64,000 bases of DNA, taken from positions 72,852,001-72,916,000 of the forward strand of contig CM059432.1 in the NCBI GenBank assembly GCA_030390025.1, written 5' to 3'. This document shows positions 12,985 to 25,704 of the stretch, one piece after another (position 1 is the first letter of the stretch; each line of letters starts with the position of its first letter). The notes under the pieces were generated by a model. It searched no databases. It saw only the letters and a program-made list of their open reading frames with translations, and was not told the DNA's origin. The stretch comes from Squalus acanthias (Eukaryota). Made by a program: the position numbers and the translations under genes.

Positions 12985-13320
12985 TCCCTTCCTGACAGTA
13001 TTCAGTTCCACAAGCACTGGATTGCAGCAGATACCTCGTCCAACTGGCCATGCCCATTATTCATCTTTGAGCTTCGACAATGAGCGTCAGCAAATTATTT
13101 AACTGCAGAAGCAATAACAATCTTATCCTCACCCTATGTCTACATTCTGCACTTCTAACATAATTTACTGCATAGCGATCAAGAGCATAAGCTCAGCTGA
13201 TTTTCTGCTCCCTAACCCCCGTCACCACTCTGGCTGACACCATCCAAGAGGGGTTATTAAACTTCCTGGTCTCTGTGGCTCGGCACCGGATAAAATCCCT
13301 GAGCCATCTGGGAAGTGCAC
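12985..13320 (-). mobile_element. Highly decayed old SINE-like repeat (related fragment at ~54060-54160)
   Basis: Shares gta/gatacctc..ccaa.tggcc..attcat.t.tgagc..gacag/atgag with 54110-54157. The family is not securely identified. Confidence 0.35.
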
Positions 13321-13949
13321 TTAATTCTATACACTATCTAACAAATACATTGCACAACAGAGCATGAGTTTGTCTATGATCCTTCACATCACTGAGTTTT
13401 GATTTTGGTCAAATTAATGTGGGACGCACTGAGCAGAGACCAGGGAAAATATAACAGCCAGTTCAAAACAGCCAAGTGGAAGCCAAGGAGGTTTCTTGCC
13501 CTCTCTACCACATGAGACATGGCTTGGAATGGATAATAGTTGTGACTATTATTTTTTTTTAAACTGATAAATAAAGCAAGTTTTATTTTGTAATTTACAA
13601 CACAGTGAAGCAAATCAGAGAACAAGAACCCCTGTGAAATCATTTAAAACTGCAATCCTGTAGACAAGGAAGTCAACCCCTACAATAACAAAGGAAGAAA
13701 GCTGCAGCAAATACTGAACAGGGTGAGATTTAAAAAAATAAAACTTAGTGATTTGATATAATGTATATTCAACATCACAGGAAATTATCAGATTATTCTG
13801 ACAAAATCCAAGTTTGAATACAGCAGCTACCTGAAAATAGAAGGCTCTTTAAGGTGCAACATATTGTGATTAAAACCTAAACACAAAATAAGGCTTCCCG
13901 TGAAGAGCTGCAGCTACAGCCCGAAAGGTCACAACACGTTACAGACACT

Positions 13950-14910
13950 GTCCCCCAGGATCCCCCTCACCGCCCACCAGGATCCCCCTCACCGATCCCG
14001 GGACCCCGCTCACCGACCCTGGGACCTCCCTCACAGCCCACCCCGGGATTCACCGACCCCGGGGCTCACCCCTCACCGCTCACCCCCGCGATCCCCCTCA
14101 CCACCCACCAGGATCCCCCTCACCGCCCACCCCCGGGATCCCCCTCACCGCCCACCCCCGGGATCCCCCTCACCGCCCACCCCCGCGATCCCCCTCACCG
14201 TCCCCAGGATCCCCCTCACCGCCCACCCCCGCGATCCCCCTCACCGTCCCCCAGGATCCCCCTCACCGCCCACCCCCGCGATCCCCCTCACCGCCCACCG
14301 GGATCCCCCTCACCGCCCACCCCCGCGATCCCCCTCACCGCCCACCCCCGCGATCCCCCTCACCGTCCACCCCCGCGATCCCCCTCACCGTCCACCCCCG
14401 CGATCCCCCTCACCGTCCACCCCCGCGATCCCCCTCACCGTCCACCCCCGGGATCCCCCTCACCGCCCACCCCCGCGATCCCCCTCACCGCCCACCCCCG
14501 GGATCCCCCTCACCGCCCACCCCCGCGATCCCCCTCACCGCCCACCCCCGGGATCCCCCTCACCGCCCACCCCCGGGACCCCGCTCACCGATCCTGGGAC
14601 CTCCCTCACAGCCCACCCCGGGGTTCACCGACCCCGGGGCTCACCCCTCACCGCCCACCCCCCACCCCCGGGACCCCTTCACCACAGCCGCACCTGACCC
14701 AGCTCACTCCCCCCCCCACCCCCAGGATCCTCCTCACCACCCCTCTCCAGGTCACTAGGTCACCCCCTCACCGTCCACCCCCAGGAAGCCGCCTCACCGC
14801 CCACCAGGACCCCCCTCACCTCGCCCGCGCCGGACCCTCACCCAGTTCACCCCCACCCCCAGGATCTTCCTCACCACCCCTCTCCGGGTCACTAGGTCAC
14901 CCCCTCACCC
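13950..14910. repeat. GC-rich 25-bp minisatellite (CCCCGGGATCCCCCTCACCGCCCAC)n
   Basis: Period-25 repeats are directly visible, most homogeneous at 14100-14580. Confidence 0.97.
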
Positions 14911-15210
14911 CCCGGGACCGACCGCCAGCCAGCCCCGGGACCCTCCGCTCCTGCCCGGCTCCACAGGTTTTTTGGCCCAGTTCTCGGGCCTGGTTTTCTA
15001 TCCTAAAGCCGGGGGTTGGCGTGAAGCCGGAGCAATGCCCGCCCGCCGGCTGAGCCGGTACCGACCTCTCCCTGCAGCGCTGCTGCTTCTTCACAAATGC
15101 CATCCGGAGAAAGTGACATCCGCAGGGCACCGGGACCGGAGAGAAACCAGCACGACTCAGGCACACGGCGGCACAACAGGAAGTCAGGCAGACGGACCGC
15201 CCCACGGAAC
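14910..15210. promoter_or_regulatory. CpG-island-like promoter region with ETS-type site (ACAGGAAGT, 15176-15184)
   Basis: Non-repetitive CpG-rich segment between two minisatellites, with the ETS core just upstream of the candidate minus-strand first exon. Confidence 0.55.
15066..15119 (-). CDS. Candidate first coding exon of unidentified gene (MSLSPDGICEEAAALQGE)
   Basis: ATG at 15119 in the CpG island and donor GAG|gtcggt. 54 nt, phase 0, compatible with the 6044-6097 exon. An out-of-frame ATG (MAFVKK) also exists. Confidence 0.5.
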
Positions 15211-15492
15211 CAGCAGAGACACTCCCACAGGAGCCAGCAGGAATACAGACCAGAGACACTCCCACAGGAGCCAGCAGGAATACAGACCAGAGACACTCCC
15301 ACAAGAACCAGCAGGAATACAGACCAGAGACACTCCCACAAGAACCAGCAGAAATACAGACCAGAGACTCTCCCACAAAAACCAGCAGGAATACAGACCA
15401 GAGACACTCCCACAAGAACCAGCAGGAATACAGACCAGAGACAATCCCACAGAAAGGGCACAGACCAGAGGCACTCCTATAGGAACCAGCAG
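15207..15492. repeat. 37-bp minisatellite (ACTCCCACAGGAGCCAGCAGGAATACAGACCAGAGAC)n, homogeneous block
   Basis: Unit starts at 15221, 15258, 15295 and so on (period 37). Confidence 0.97.
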
Positions 15493-15501
15493 GAAAGGGA
15501 A

Positions 15502-15939
15502 AGGATTTGCATTTATACAGCGCCTTTCACAACCTCAGGACGTCCCAAAGTGCTTTACTTTTGAAGTGTCACTGTTGTAATGTAGGAAACGTGACAGCCA
15601 ATTTATTCACAAGCTCCCACAAATAACAATGTGATAATGACCAGATAATCTGTTTTAGTGATGTTGATTGAGGGATAAATATTGGCCAGGAGACCGTGGA
15701 TAACTCCCCTGCTCTTCTTTGATATAGTGCCGTGGGATCTTTTACATCCACCTGAGAGAGGAGGTGGGGCCTCGGTTTAATGTCTCATCTGAAAGATGGC
15801 ACCTCTGACAGTACAGCACTCCCCCAGTACTGTACTGGAGTGTCAGCCTAGATTTTTGTGCTGAAGTCTCTGGAGTGAGACTTGAACACACAACCTTCTG
15901 ACTCAGAGGCGAGAGTGCTACCAACTGAGCCATGGCTGA
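15502..15939 (-). mobile_element. Deu-domain tRNA-derived SINE (SacSINE1-like) with L2-type tail
   Basis: Minus strand: tcagccatggctcagttggtagcactct (A box), gttcaagtc (B box), central ...tttcagatgagacattaaaccgaggcccc...caggtggatgtaaaagatccca..., tail gtgaaaggcgctgtataaatgcaa. Confidence 0.85.
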
Positions 15940-16392
15940 ACCAAGACTGAGAGCGACATTCCCACAGGAACCAGCAGGGACATAGACTACAGCAACACTC
16001 CTACAGGAACCAGCAGGGGTACAGACCCAGAAAGACACTCCGACAGGAACCAGCATAGACACAGACTGAGAATTACACCCACAGAAACCAAAGGCACTCC
16101 CACAGAAACCTGCAGGGCACAGACCTAGGAACAAGAGTAGGCTATTCGGCCCCTCAAGCCTGTTCTGCCATTCAGTTAGGTCATGGCTAACCTGTATCTC
16201 AACTCCATTTACCCAGACCCATTTATAGATACTCCCATAGGATCCAGCTGCAAACCAAAGACACACAGGACCCAGCAGGTACTGAAATGAGAGACACACC
16301 CACAGGAACCAGCAGGGACAGACCAACAGACACTCCCATAGGAACCAGCAAAGATAGAGAGTGAGACACTCACACAGGAACCAGCAGAGGCA
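15940..16392. repeat. Degenerate continuation of the 37-bp array, with a CR1 tail fragment at ~16126-16215
   Basis: Recurring cactcccacaggaaccagcag cores. Confidence 0.85.
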
Positions 16393-17400
16393 CAAGTTCA
16401 GCGATTTTTTTTTTTTATTCGTTCATGGGATGTGGGCTTCACTGGGGAGGCCAGCATTTATTGCCCTTGATAAGGTGGTGGTGAGCCGCCTTCTTGAACC
16501 GCTGTAGTCCATGTGGTGAAAGTACTCCCATAGTGCTGTTAGGGAAGGAGTTCCAGGATTTTGATCCAGCAACGATGAAGGAACGGCGATATACTTCCAA
16601 GTCAGGATAGTGTGTGACTTGGCGGGGAACTTGGAGCTGATGGTGTTCCCTAGCGCCTGCTGCCCTTGTCCTTCTAGATGGAAGAGGTCACGGGTTTGGG
16701 AGATGCTGCCGAAGAAGCCTTGGCGAGTTGCTGTAGTGCATCTTGTAGATGATACACACTGCAGCCACGGTACGCCGGTGGTGGAGGGAGTGAATGTTTA
16801 AGGTGCTGGATGGGGTGCCAATCAAGCGGGCTGCTTTGTCTTGGATGGTGTCGATCTTCTTGAGTGTTGTTGGAGCTGCACTCATCCAGGCAAGTGGAGA
16901 GTGTTCCATCACACTCCTGACTTGTGCCTTGTAGATGGTGGAAAGGCTTTGGGGAGTCAGGAGGTGAGACACTCGCCGCAGAGTACCCAGCCTCTGACCT
17001 GCTCTTGTTGCCACAGTATTTATGTGGCTGGTCCAGTTAAGTTTCTGGTCAATGGTGACCCCCAGGATATTGATGGTGGGGGATTCGGCGATGGTAATGC
17101 CGTTGAATGTCAAGGGACGGTGGTTAGACACTCGCTTGTTGGCGATTGTCATTGCTTGGCACTTGTGTGGCGCAAATGTTACCTGCCACTTATAAGCCCA
17201 AGCCTGAACGTCGTCCAGGTCTTGCTGCATGCAGGCATGGACTGCTTCATTATCTGAGGAGTTGCGAATGGTACTGAACACTGTGCAGTCATCAGCGAAC
17301 ATCCCCACTTCTGACCTTATGATGGAGGGAAGATCATTTATGAAGCAGCTGAACATGGTTGGGCCTAGGACACTGCCCTGAGGAACTCCTGCAGCGATGT

Positions 17401-19204
17401 CATAGAGTTACACAGCACAGAAAGAGGCCCTTCGGCCCATCGTGTCCACGCCGGCCATCAAGCCCTGTCTATTCTAATCCCATTTTCCAGCACTTGGTCC
17501 GTAGCCGTGTATGCTATGGCGTTTCAAGTGCTCATCTAAATGCTTCTTGAATGTTGTGAGGGTTCCTGCCTCTACCACCCTTTCAGGCAGTGCGTTGCAG
17601 ATTCCAACCACCCTCTGGGTGAAAAAGTGTTTCCTCAAATCCCCTCTAAACCTCCTGCCCCTTACCTTGAAACTATGCCCCCTGGTTATTGACCCCTCTA
17701 CTAAGGGATAGTTCCTTTCTATCTACCCTATCTATGCCCCTCATAATTTTGTACACCTCAATCAGGTCCCCCCTCAGCCTTCTCTGTTCTAAGGAAAACA
17801 ACCCCAGCCTGTCCAGTCTCTCTTCATAGCTGAAGCGCTCCAGCCCAGGTAACATCCTGGTGAATCTCCTCTGCACCCTCTCCAATGCAATCACATCCTT
17901 CCTATAGTGTGGCGACCAGAACTGCACACAGTATTCCAGCTGTGGCCTAACTAGCGTTTTGTGCAGCTCCATCATAACCTCCCTGCTCTTATATTCTATG
18001 CCTCGGCTAATGAAGGCAAGTATCCCATATGCCTTTTTAGCCACCTTATCTACCTGTCCTGCTGCCTTCAGGGATCTATGTACATGCACACCAAGGTCCC
18101 TCTGATCCTCTGTCCTTCCTAGGGTCCTACCATTCATTGTGTATTCCCTTGCCTTGTTAGTCCTCCCAAAATGCATCACCTCACACTTTTCAGGGTTAAA
18201 TTCCATTTGCCACTGTTCTGCCCATCTAACCAACCCGTCTATATTGTCCTGTAGCCTGAGGCTTCCCTCCTCACTATTTATCACTCCACCAATTTTCGTG
18301 TCATCTGCGAACTTACTGATCATACCTCCTACATTCATATCTAAATCATTAATGTACACTACAAACAGCAAAGGACCCAGCACCGATCCCTGCGGTACAC
18401 CACTGGACACAGGCTTCCAGTCACAAAACAACCTTCGACCATCACCCTCTGCCTCCTGCCACTAAGCCAATTTTGGATCCAATGTGCCAAATTGCCCTGG
18501 ATCCCATGGACTCTTACCTTCTTGACCAGTCTCCCATGCGGGACTTTGTCAAAAGCCTTACTGAAGTCCATGTAGACTACATCAACTGCACTACCCTCAT
18601 CCACACACTTAGTCACCCCCTCGAAAAATTCAATCAAATTGGTTAGACATGATCTCCCCCTGACAAAGCCATGCTGACTATCCTTGATTAATCCTTGCCT
18701 CTCCAAGTGGAGACTAATTCTGTCCCTCAGAATTTTTTCCAATAATTTCCCTACCACTGATGTTAGGCTCACTGGCCTGTAATTCCCTGGTTTATCCCTA
18801 CTACCCTTCTTGAATAATGGTACTATGTTAGCTGTTCTCCAGTCCTCTGGCACCTCCCCTGTGGCCAGAGAGGTTCTGAAAATTTGTGTCAGAGCCCCTG
18901 CAATCTCCTCCCTTGCCTCACACAGCAGCCTGGGATATATCTCGTCTGGGCCTGGGGATTTATCCACTTTTAAGCCTGCTAAAACCGCAATACCTCCTCC
19001 CTCTCAATACTAATTTGTTCAAGTATATCACAATCCCCCTGCCTGATTTCTATGACTACATCGTCCTTCTCCATAGTGAACACAGATGCAAAATATTCAT
19101 TTAAAACCTCACCTACATCTTCCGGCTCTACACACAGATTGCCACTTTGGTCCCTAATGGGCCCTACTCTTTCCCTGGTTATCCTCTTGCCCTTAATATA
19201 CTTA
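17401..19204 (-). mobile_element. CR1 LINE, 5'-truncated, nested in LINE A
   Basis: ORFs 17673-18431 and 18359-18967 with [27 protein letters not shown] and RPQLEYCVQFWSP. Confidence 0.95.
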
Positions 19205-19933
19205 TCCTGGGCCTGTGATGATTGACCTCCAACCACCACTACCATCTTCCTTTATGCTAGGTATGACTCCAGCCAATGGAGAGTTTTCCCTCCAATTCCC
19301 ATTACTTCAGTTTTACTAGGGCTCCTTGATGCCACACTCGGTCAAATGCTGCCTTGATGTCAAAGGCAGTTACTCTCACCTCACCTCTGGAATTCAGCTC
19401 TTTTGTCCATGTTTGGACCAAGGCTGTAATGAGGTCAGGAGCTGAGTGGTCCTGGCAGAACCCAAACTTGGCATCAGTGAGCAGGTTATTGGTGAGTAAG
19501 TACTGCTTGATAGCATTGTCGATGACATCTTCCATCACTTTGCTGATGATTGAGAGCAGACTGATGGGGCGGGAAATGGCCGGATTGGATTTGTCCTGCT
19601 TTTTGTGGACAGGACATACCTGGGCAGTTTTCCACATTGTCGGATAGATGCCAGTATTATAGCTGTACTGGAACAGCTTGGCTAGAGGCGCGGCTAGTTC
19701 TGGAGCACAAGTCTTCAGCACGATAGCCTTTGCTGTCTCCAGTGCACTCAGCCATTTCTTGATATCACGCAGAGTGAATCGAATTGGCTGAAGACTGGCT
19801 TCTGTGGCCCTCAGGTGTAGGCCGATATGGATCATCCACTCGGCCTTCTGGCTAAAGATGGTTGCAAACGCTTCAGCTTTGTCTTTTGCACTCACGTGCT
19901 GGGCTCCACCATCATTGAGGATGGGGATATTCA

Positions 19934-22229
19934 CAATCTGGCCTCACAACCAGCCTGACAACTCCCAGTGATTCAGAGACACAGAGTGTCCACAGCGCCT
20001 GGTCTGCACTCAAGGCCTCCACAATCAGCACCTGTGAAGAGACGCTCGGTCACTCGACCAGGAAACACCAAGACTGATTCGATGAGAATGACCAGGAGAT
20101 CCAGGAGCTAATAAGCCGCAAGCGCAAGGCAATCCTGATCTGGAAACAGCAACACAACTCAAGAACAAGAAAGCAGCTCTACAGACGCCTGAAGGCCAAG
20201 GTCCAACAAAAAACTCGTGACCTAAAGAACAGATGGTGGGTGGAGAACGCGCAGGAGATCCAGCAGCTAGCTGACAAACACAACATGCATGGATTCTTTA
20301 GCGCAGTCAAGACCACCTATGGCCCAAGCACCCAAGGTCCTACCCCACTGCGGGCCAAGAACGGAGAGGTACTCATCAAAGACAGAGAGGCAGTCAGTGC
20401 CCGCTGGAAGGAGCACTTCGAAGATTTCCTTAACCGAGACTCTGTCTTCGACGCGAGTGTCCTCAACTCCATCCCATAGCATGCTACCCGCCAGCACCTC
20501 AGCACAACCCCAGCCCGGCATGAGGTAGAAAAAGCCATCCCACAACTGAAGAACAACAAGGCCTCAGGAGCAGACGGAATCCCCGCCGAGGCACTAAAGC
20601 ATGGTGGAGAAGCACTATTGGCGTGAATACATGAACTCATTTCTCTTATTTGGAAGAGCATGCCAGGAGATCTCAGAGACGCCGTAATCGTGACCATCTT
20701 CAAGAAAGGTGACAAGTCCGATTGCGGTAATTACAGAGGAGTTTCCCTGCTGTCTGCCACAGGGAAAGTCATCGCAAGAATTCTCCTCAATCGCCTTCTC
20801 CCAGTGGCTGAAGAGCTCCTCCCAGAGTCGCAATGTGGATTCCGCCCACTAAGGGGCACAATGGACATGATCTTCACCGCGCATCAACTACAAGAAAAAT
20901 GCAGGGAACAGCACCAACCGCTGTACATGGCCTTCTTTGACCTCACAAAGGCCTTCGACACTGTCAACCATGAGGGATTATGGAGTGTCCTCCTCAAATT
21001 CGGCTGCCCTCAAAAGTTTGTCACCATCCTCCGCCTGCTTCATGACGACATGCAAGCCGTGATCCTGACCAACGGATCCACCACAGACCCAATTCACATA
21101 CGGACCAGGGTCAAGCAAGGCTGTGTCATCGCACCAACGCTCTTCTCGATCTTCCTTGCTGCAATGCTCCATCTCACCCTCGGTAAGCTCCCCGCTGGAG
21201 TGGAGCTAATCTACAGAACAAACGGGAAACTGTTCAACCTCCGTCGCCTCCAGTCCAGATCCAAGGTCATCGAATTACAGTATGCAGATGACACTTGCGT
21301 CTGCGCACACTCGGAGGTCGAACTCCAAACCATCGTCAACACCTTCACCGAAGCGTACGAGAGCATGGGCCTTACACTAAATATTCGTAAGACAAAGGTC
21401 CTCTACCAACCTGCCCCCGCCACACAGTACTGCCCCCCCAATTATCAAAATCCACAACGAGGCCTTGGACAACGTGGACCACTTTCCATACCTCGGGAGC
21501 CTACTGTCAACAAGGGCAGACATCGATGACGATGTCCAACACCGCCTTCAGTGTGCCAGTGCAGCCTTCGGTCGCCTGAGGAAGAGAGTGTTTGAAGACC
21601 AGGACCTCAAACCCGGCACTAGGCTCATGGTCTGCAGAGCAGTAGTAATACAGCCCTCCTGTATGCCTCAGAGACATGGACCATGTACAGCAGGCACCTC
21701 AAAACACTGGAGAGGTACCATCAACGCTGCCTCCGCAAGATCCTGCAAATCCATTGGCAGGATAGGTGCACCAACGTCAGTGCTCTCGCTCAGGCCAACA
21801 TTCCCAGCATCGAAGCTCTGACCACGCTCGATCAGCTCCGATGGATGGGCCACATCGTCTGCATGCCTGATACGAGACTCCCAAAACAAGCGCTCTACTC
21901 GGAGCTCCGACACGGCATGAGAGCCCCAGGTGGGCAGAGGAAATGCTTCAAGGACACCCTCAAAGCCTCCTTGAAAAAATGCAACATCCCCACCGACACC
22001 TGGGAATCCCTGGCCCAAGACCGCACAAACATCCGGGAAGGCGTCGAACACCTCGAGTTTCTTCGCCGGGAGCCAAGCGCAAACAGTGGAAGGAGCGCAC
22101 ATCAACCCAAGCATTCCCACCGTCTGCCCCACCTGTGAAGTCCCGCATTGGTCTCATTGCTCACCTGAGAACTCATTTTTAGTGTGGAAGCAAGTCATCC
22201 TTGGTTCCGAGGGACTGCCTAAGAGAGAG
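19934..22229 (+). mobile_element. RTE-clade LINE, 5'-truncated, nested in LINE A, apparent TSD ATTCA
   Basis: Motifs NYRGVSLL, ESQCGFR, AFFDLTKAFDTV, KQGCVIAPTLF, YADD, FPYLGS and LRWMGH..M...RLPKQ. ATTCA at 19929-19933 and 22230-22234. (GA)n end. Confidence 0.93.
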
Positions 22230-23896
22230 ATTCATTGAGCCTCCTCCTCCCATTAGTTGTTTATTGGTCCACTACCATTCACGACTGGATGTGGCAGGAC
22301 TTTGATCTGATCCGTTGATTGTGGAATTGCTTCGCTCTGTCTGTAGTATGCATGTAGTCCTGTGTTGCAGCTTTCCCAGGTTGGCACCGCATTTTTAGGT
22401 ACACCTGGTATGCTCTTCTACACTCCTCATTGAACCAGGAGTTGTTCCCCTGGCTTGATGGTAATGGTAGAGTGAGGGATATGCCAGGCCATGAGGTTAC
22501 AGATTGTGGTGGAATACAATTCTGCTGCTGCTAATGGCCCACAGCACCTCGTTTTGAGCTGCTAGATCTGTTCTGAATTTATCCCATTTATAGTGCCACA
22601 CAACACGATGGCAGGTGTCCTCGGTGTGAAGATGGGACTTCATCTCCACAATGACTGTGCAGTGGTCACTGTCACCAATGCTGTCATGGACAGATGCATC
22701 TGCAACAGGTAGATTGTTCTCTCAACACCTGCTGCAGGCCTAGTCTGGCAGTTATGTCCTTCAGGACTCGGCCACTAGTGGTGCTACCAAGCCACTCTTG
22801 ATGATAGACAATGAAGTCCCCACCCAGAGTACATTCTGTGCCCTTGCTACTCTCGGTGCTTCTTCCAAGTGGTGTTCAACATGGCGGAGTACTGATTCAT
22901 CAGCTGAGGGAGGGCAGTAGGTGGTAATCAGCAAGTGGTTTCCTTGCCATGCCTGATCTGAAGCCATGAGACTTCATGGGGTCTGGAGTCAATGTTGATG
23001 ACTCCCAGGGCCACTCCTTCCTGTATACCACTGTGCTGCCATGATGATGATGGAGGAGGAGTTTGGGACATTGGCTGAAAGGTATGATTCTGTGATATGA
23101 CTTTGTCAGGCTGTTGTTGGTGAGGAGGACTTTGCAGGGTCTGGGCTGGGTGTGCCATTGTTGTGTTCGTAGCTGGTGCCAAGGTCAGTGCCAGGTGGTC
23201 CAGTTTTATTCTTATTGTTTTTCATAGCGGGTTTTTACAACTGAGTGGCTTGTGAGGGCAGTTAAGAGTCAACCACATTGCTGGTCTGGAGTCACATATA
23301 GGCCAGACCAGGTAATGACAGCAGATTTCCTTCTCTAAAGGACATTAGTGAACCAGATGGGTTTTTAACAACAATCTGATAGTTTCATGGTCACCATTAC
23401 CAATACTAGCTTTTTATTCCAGATTTATTTAATTAACTGAATTTAAATTCCCCAGCTGCCGTGGTGGGATTTGAACTCACATCTCCGGATCATTAGTCCA
23501 GGCCTCTAGGATTACTAGTCCAGTAACATAACCACTATGCTACCGTTCCCTATAAACACTAGATACACAAGAATCAGCTGCAAAACAGAGAGGCACTCTG
23601 GTAGAAAGCAGCAGACATTGCTATAGGAACCAGCTGCAAATCTGACACTCCAACAGGAGATACAGACCCACAGACACTCCCACAAAAAGCAGCAGATACA
23701 CAGCTAAGAACTCACAGGGGCACACTGTCCCACAGAAACCAGTAGAGACACAATCCCTGAGACATCCCCCAGGAATTAGCAGGTGACAGACCGAGACACT
23801 CCACAGGATCCAGCAGAGACACTGACTGAGAGAGACATTCCCACAGAAACTGACAGAGCAAAGACCCAGAAGACACAGCCACCGGAACCAAGAGAG

Positions 23897-25704
23897 TGTA
23901 GGTGGTTTGCTCTGGTGGTTCGAATCACCCCTCCTACTTAGTTCTATACGACAGGAATTACAGTGAACAGGATTGGGACACAGACAAGCTTTTCGGACTC
24001 AACCGTATGGTGTTTAATAAAGTTAATACGTACACCCGCCTCCAGTACGTAAAATGCCTGGTGGCGTAAAACAAACAGTACAACAATACAACTTGGCCCA
24101 TCGAACAGGCCCCTGTCTCGTATTAAGATGCCTAAAATCACACTGTGTTGCAATACAGAGTATAACACGGACTTGTCCCACAAACCCCGGAACATACACT
24201 ATATAATACACACACAACCTCCCCACTAAACCCCTCTGGATTGGTTGGGACACACAACACCCCTTCACATAGTACCGGTGGTCTTAAGGATGCGTGGGCT
24301 TGGACAATGTTCACCCTGATTATCCGTTTTCTTGCTCGCTGCTTCCCTGTGTAGAATGTGTCTCCTGGTTCCGTATTGCCGATGCAGTATCCAAGTCCTA
24401 GTTTCGAGGTTTGTTCCTACAGTCGAAGAGCAAGGCAAGGCTCTTGTCGCTCGTGGTGGTTTAGAGCAAGCGAGAGAGAGCGAAATGGCAAAGCTGCCTT
24501 CTCTATATCCTAAAAGTTCACTCTGCCCTGTGTAGTTGCAATTATGTCTTTTTAATCACCCTTCTTTGTCTTCTTTGTCTGGTTTCCCGCCTTTCGGGGC
24601 TATCCCATCTAGGTGCTGGTGATAATGGCAGATGATGGGCCGCACTTCTCACCTGATCCTGGGTTAAGTGGCTTCCCATTGATTTACAATGGCCCTCTTT
24701 TGTCTGGTTCCCGCCTTTCGGGGCTATCTCATCTAGATGCTTGTGACCGTATGAATCATCTCCCCAGACCCATTGGCCCAAAAATTTGTCTTGATACGCG
24801 AGAGTACGCACTGTGTACTCTCGCGTATTCTGTCTCCAATTGCCGGTTTTCTGCATGCACTGTGCATGCGCTGAAAACCGGCACTTGGTGAATGGAAAAG
24901 GGGGCGGTTCCTAAGTGAACCGCGTGCGCGCTACAGGCTGTGCGCACGCAGTGCACTTAGTGGTTTCAACGCGCAGGTAAGTACGGAAGATTTTACACAT
25001 AAAAAAAGGAGGAGTAAGACCCACTTTTAACAAGGTAAGTAGTGAATTAAGTATTATTTTGAATTTTTTTTAACAGGTATATCTTTTTTAGAGACTTTAA
25101 AGACAGGTAAGTTTATTTTTATAACTTTTTAAAAGATTTAAAATTTTTTCAAAAATTTAATTTTTTATTTAAAATGGTTAATTTATTTAACTATACTTAT
25201 TTTATTAATGTGATGGGTTTTTTTTAAATGTAATTGAGGTTTAGCTGTTCTTTTGGGGGCTATAGTATTCATAGCTTTCACAGCACTTATGTGAAAGTTA
25301 TGAATGGAAGATGGTGTGCTGCCATTGGCTCTAACTGAGTCACGTGATCCCACAGCTCGCACGAATTAACTGCGCCTGTGGGATACGCAAGCCCAGCACA
25401 GCAGCTGTCCAGAACATCAAGTTCGTGCGAGCTGGAACTGAAAAAGCCAACGCGCAGTGAGAGATCGCGGGGAAGCCTTACCCTCGCACGAAGGCTTCCT
25501 CACGAATTTTTGGGCCATGGTCTTCCCAGAGAATTCTGTCTGCCCAGACATTCTCCCATAATTAGTTTGTAGGCCTGGCTGGAATCTCCTGTCCACGAAC
25601 ACCTGGGCCCCTCCCATCTTCTCCAAACAGGCTGTTGGTCAAACAGCAGTAACAATCATTCAAAAAGTCTGAAATAAACTTGGGGCCTGCGTTCGATGCT
25701 TACA
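23897..25704 (-). mobile_element. Solo LTR (TGTA...TACA, 4-bp TSD AGAG) containing a nested MITE
   Basis: TG..CA termini, AGAG at 23893-23896 and 25705-25708, minus-strand ATTAAA about 120 bp from the end, internal ~44-bp direct repeat near 24573 and 24698. Orientation is inferred. Confidence 0.75.
24775..25516. mobile_element. Harbinger-type MITE nested in the solo LTR
   Basis: Perfect 12-bp terminal inverted repeat (TIR) GGCCCAAAAATT, CpG-rich arms, AT-rich core. Flanks att/atg. Confidence 0.75.

Larger units (their letters stand above)
16404..23546 (-). mobile_element. Apparently full-span LINE family A with tRNA-like 5' head, split by CR1 (17401-19204) and RTE (19934-22229)
   Basis: Collinear on the minus strand: head with A/B boxes (23546-23225), APE remnants (22230-23140), RT pieces 19302-19934 and 16688-17356 (FADD), 3' tail and poly(A) at 16404-16420. 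Confidence 0.88.

Noticed and set aside
13900..14697. 265-aa Pro-rich ORF
   Set aside because: It is a translation of the 25-bp minisatellite, which lacks stops by composition.
15207..15492. CRISPR-like 37-bp periodicity
   Set aside because: Units are directly tandem with no unique spacers, the context is eukaryotic, and there are no cas genes.
14897..16395. Several repetitive ORFs on both strands
   Set aside because: They are translations of the 37-bp minisatellite and the SINE.
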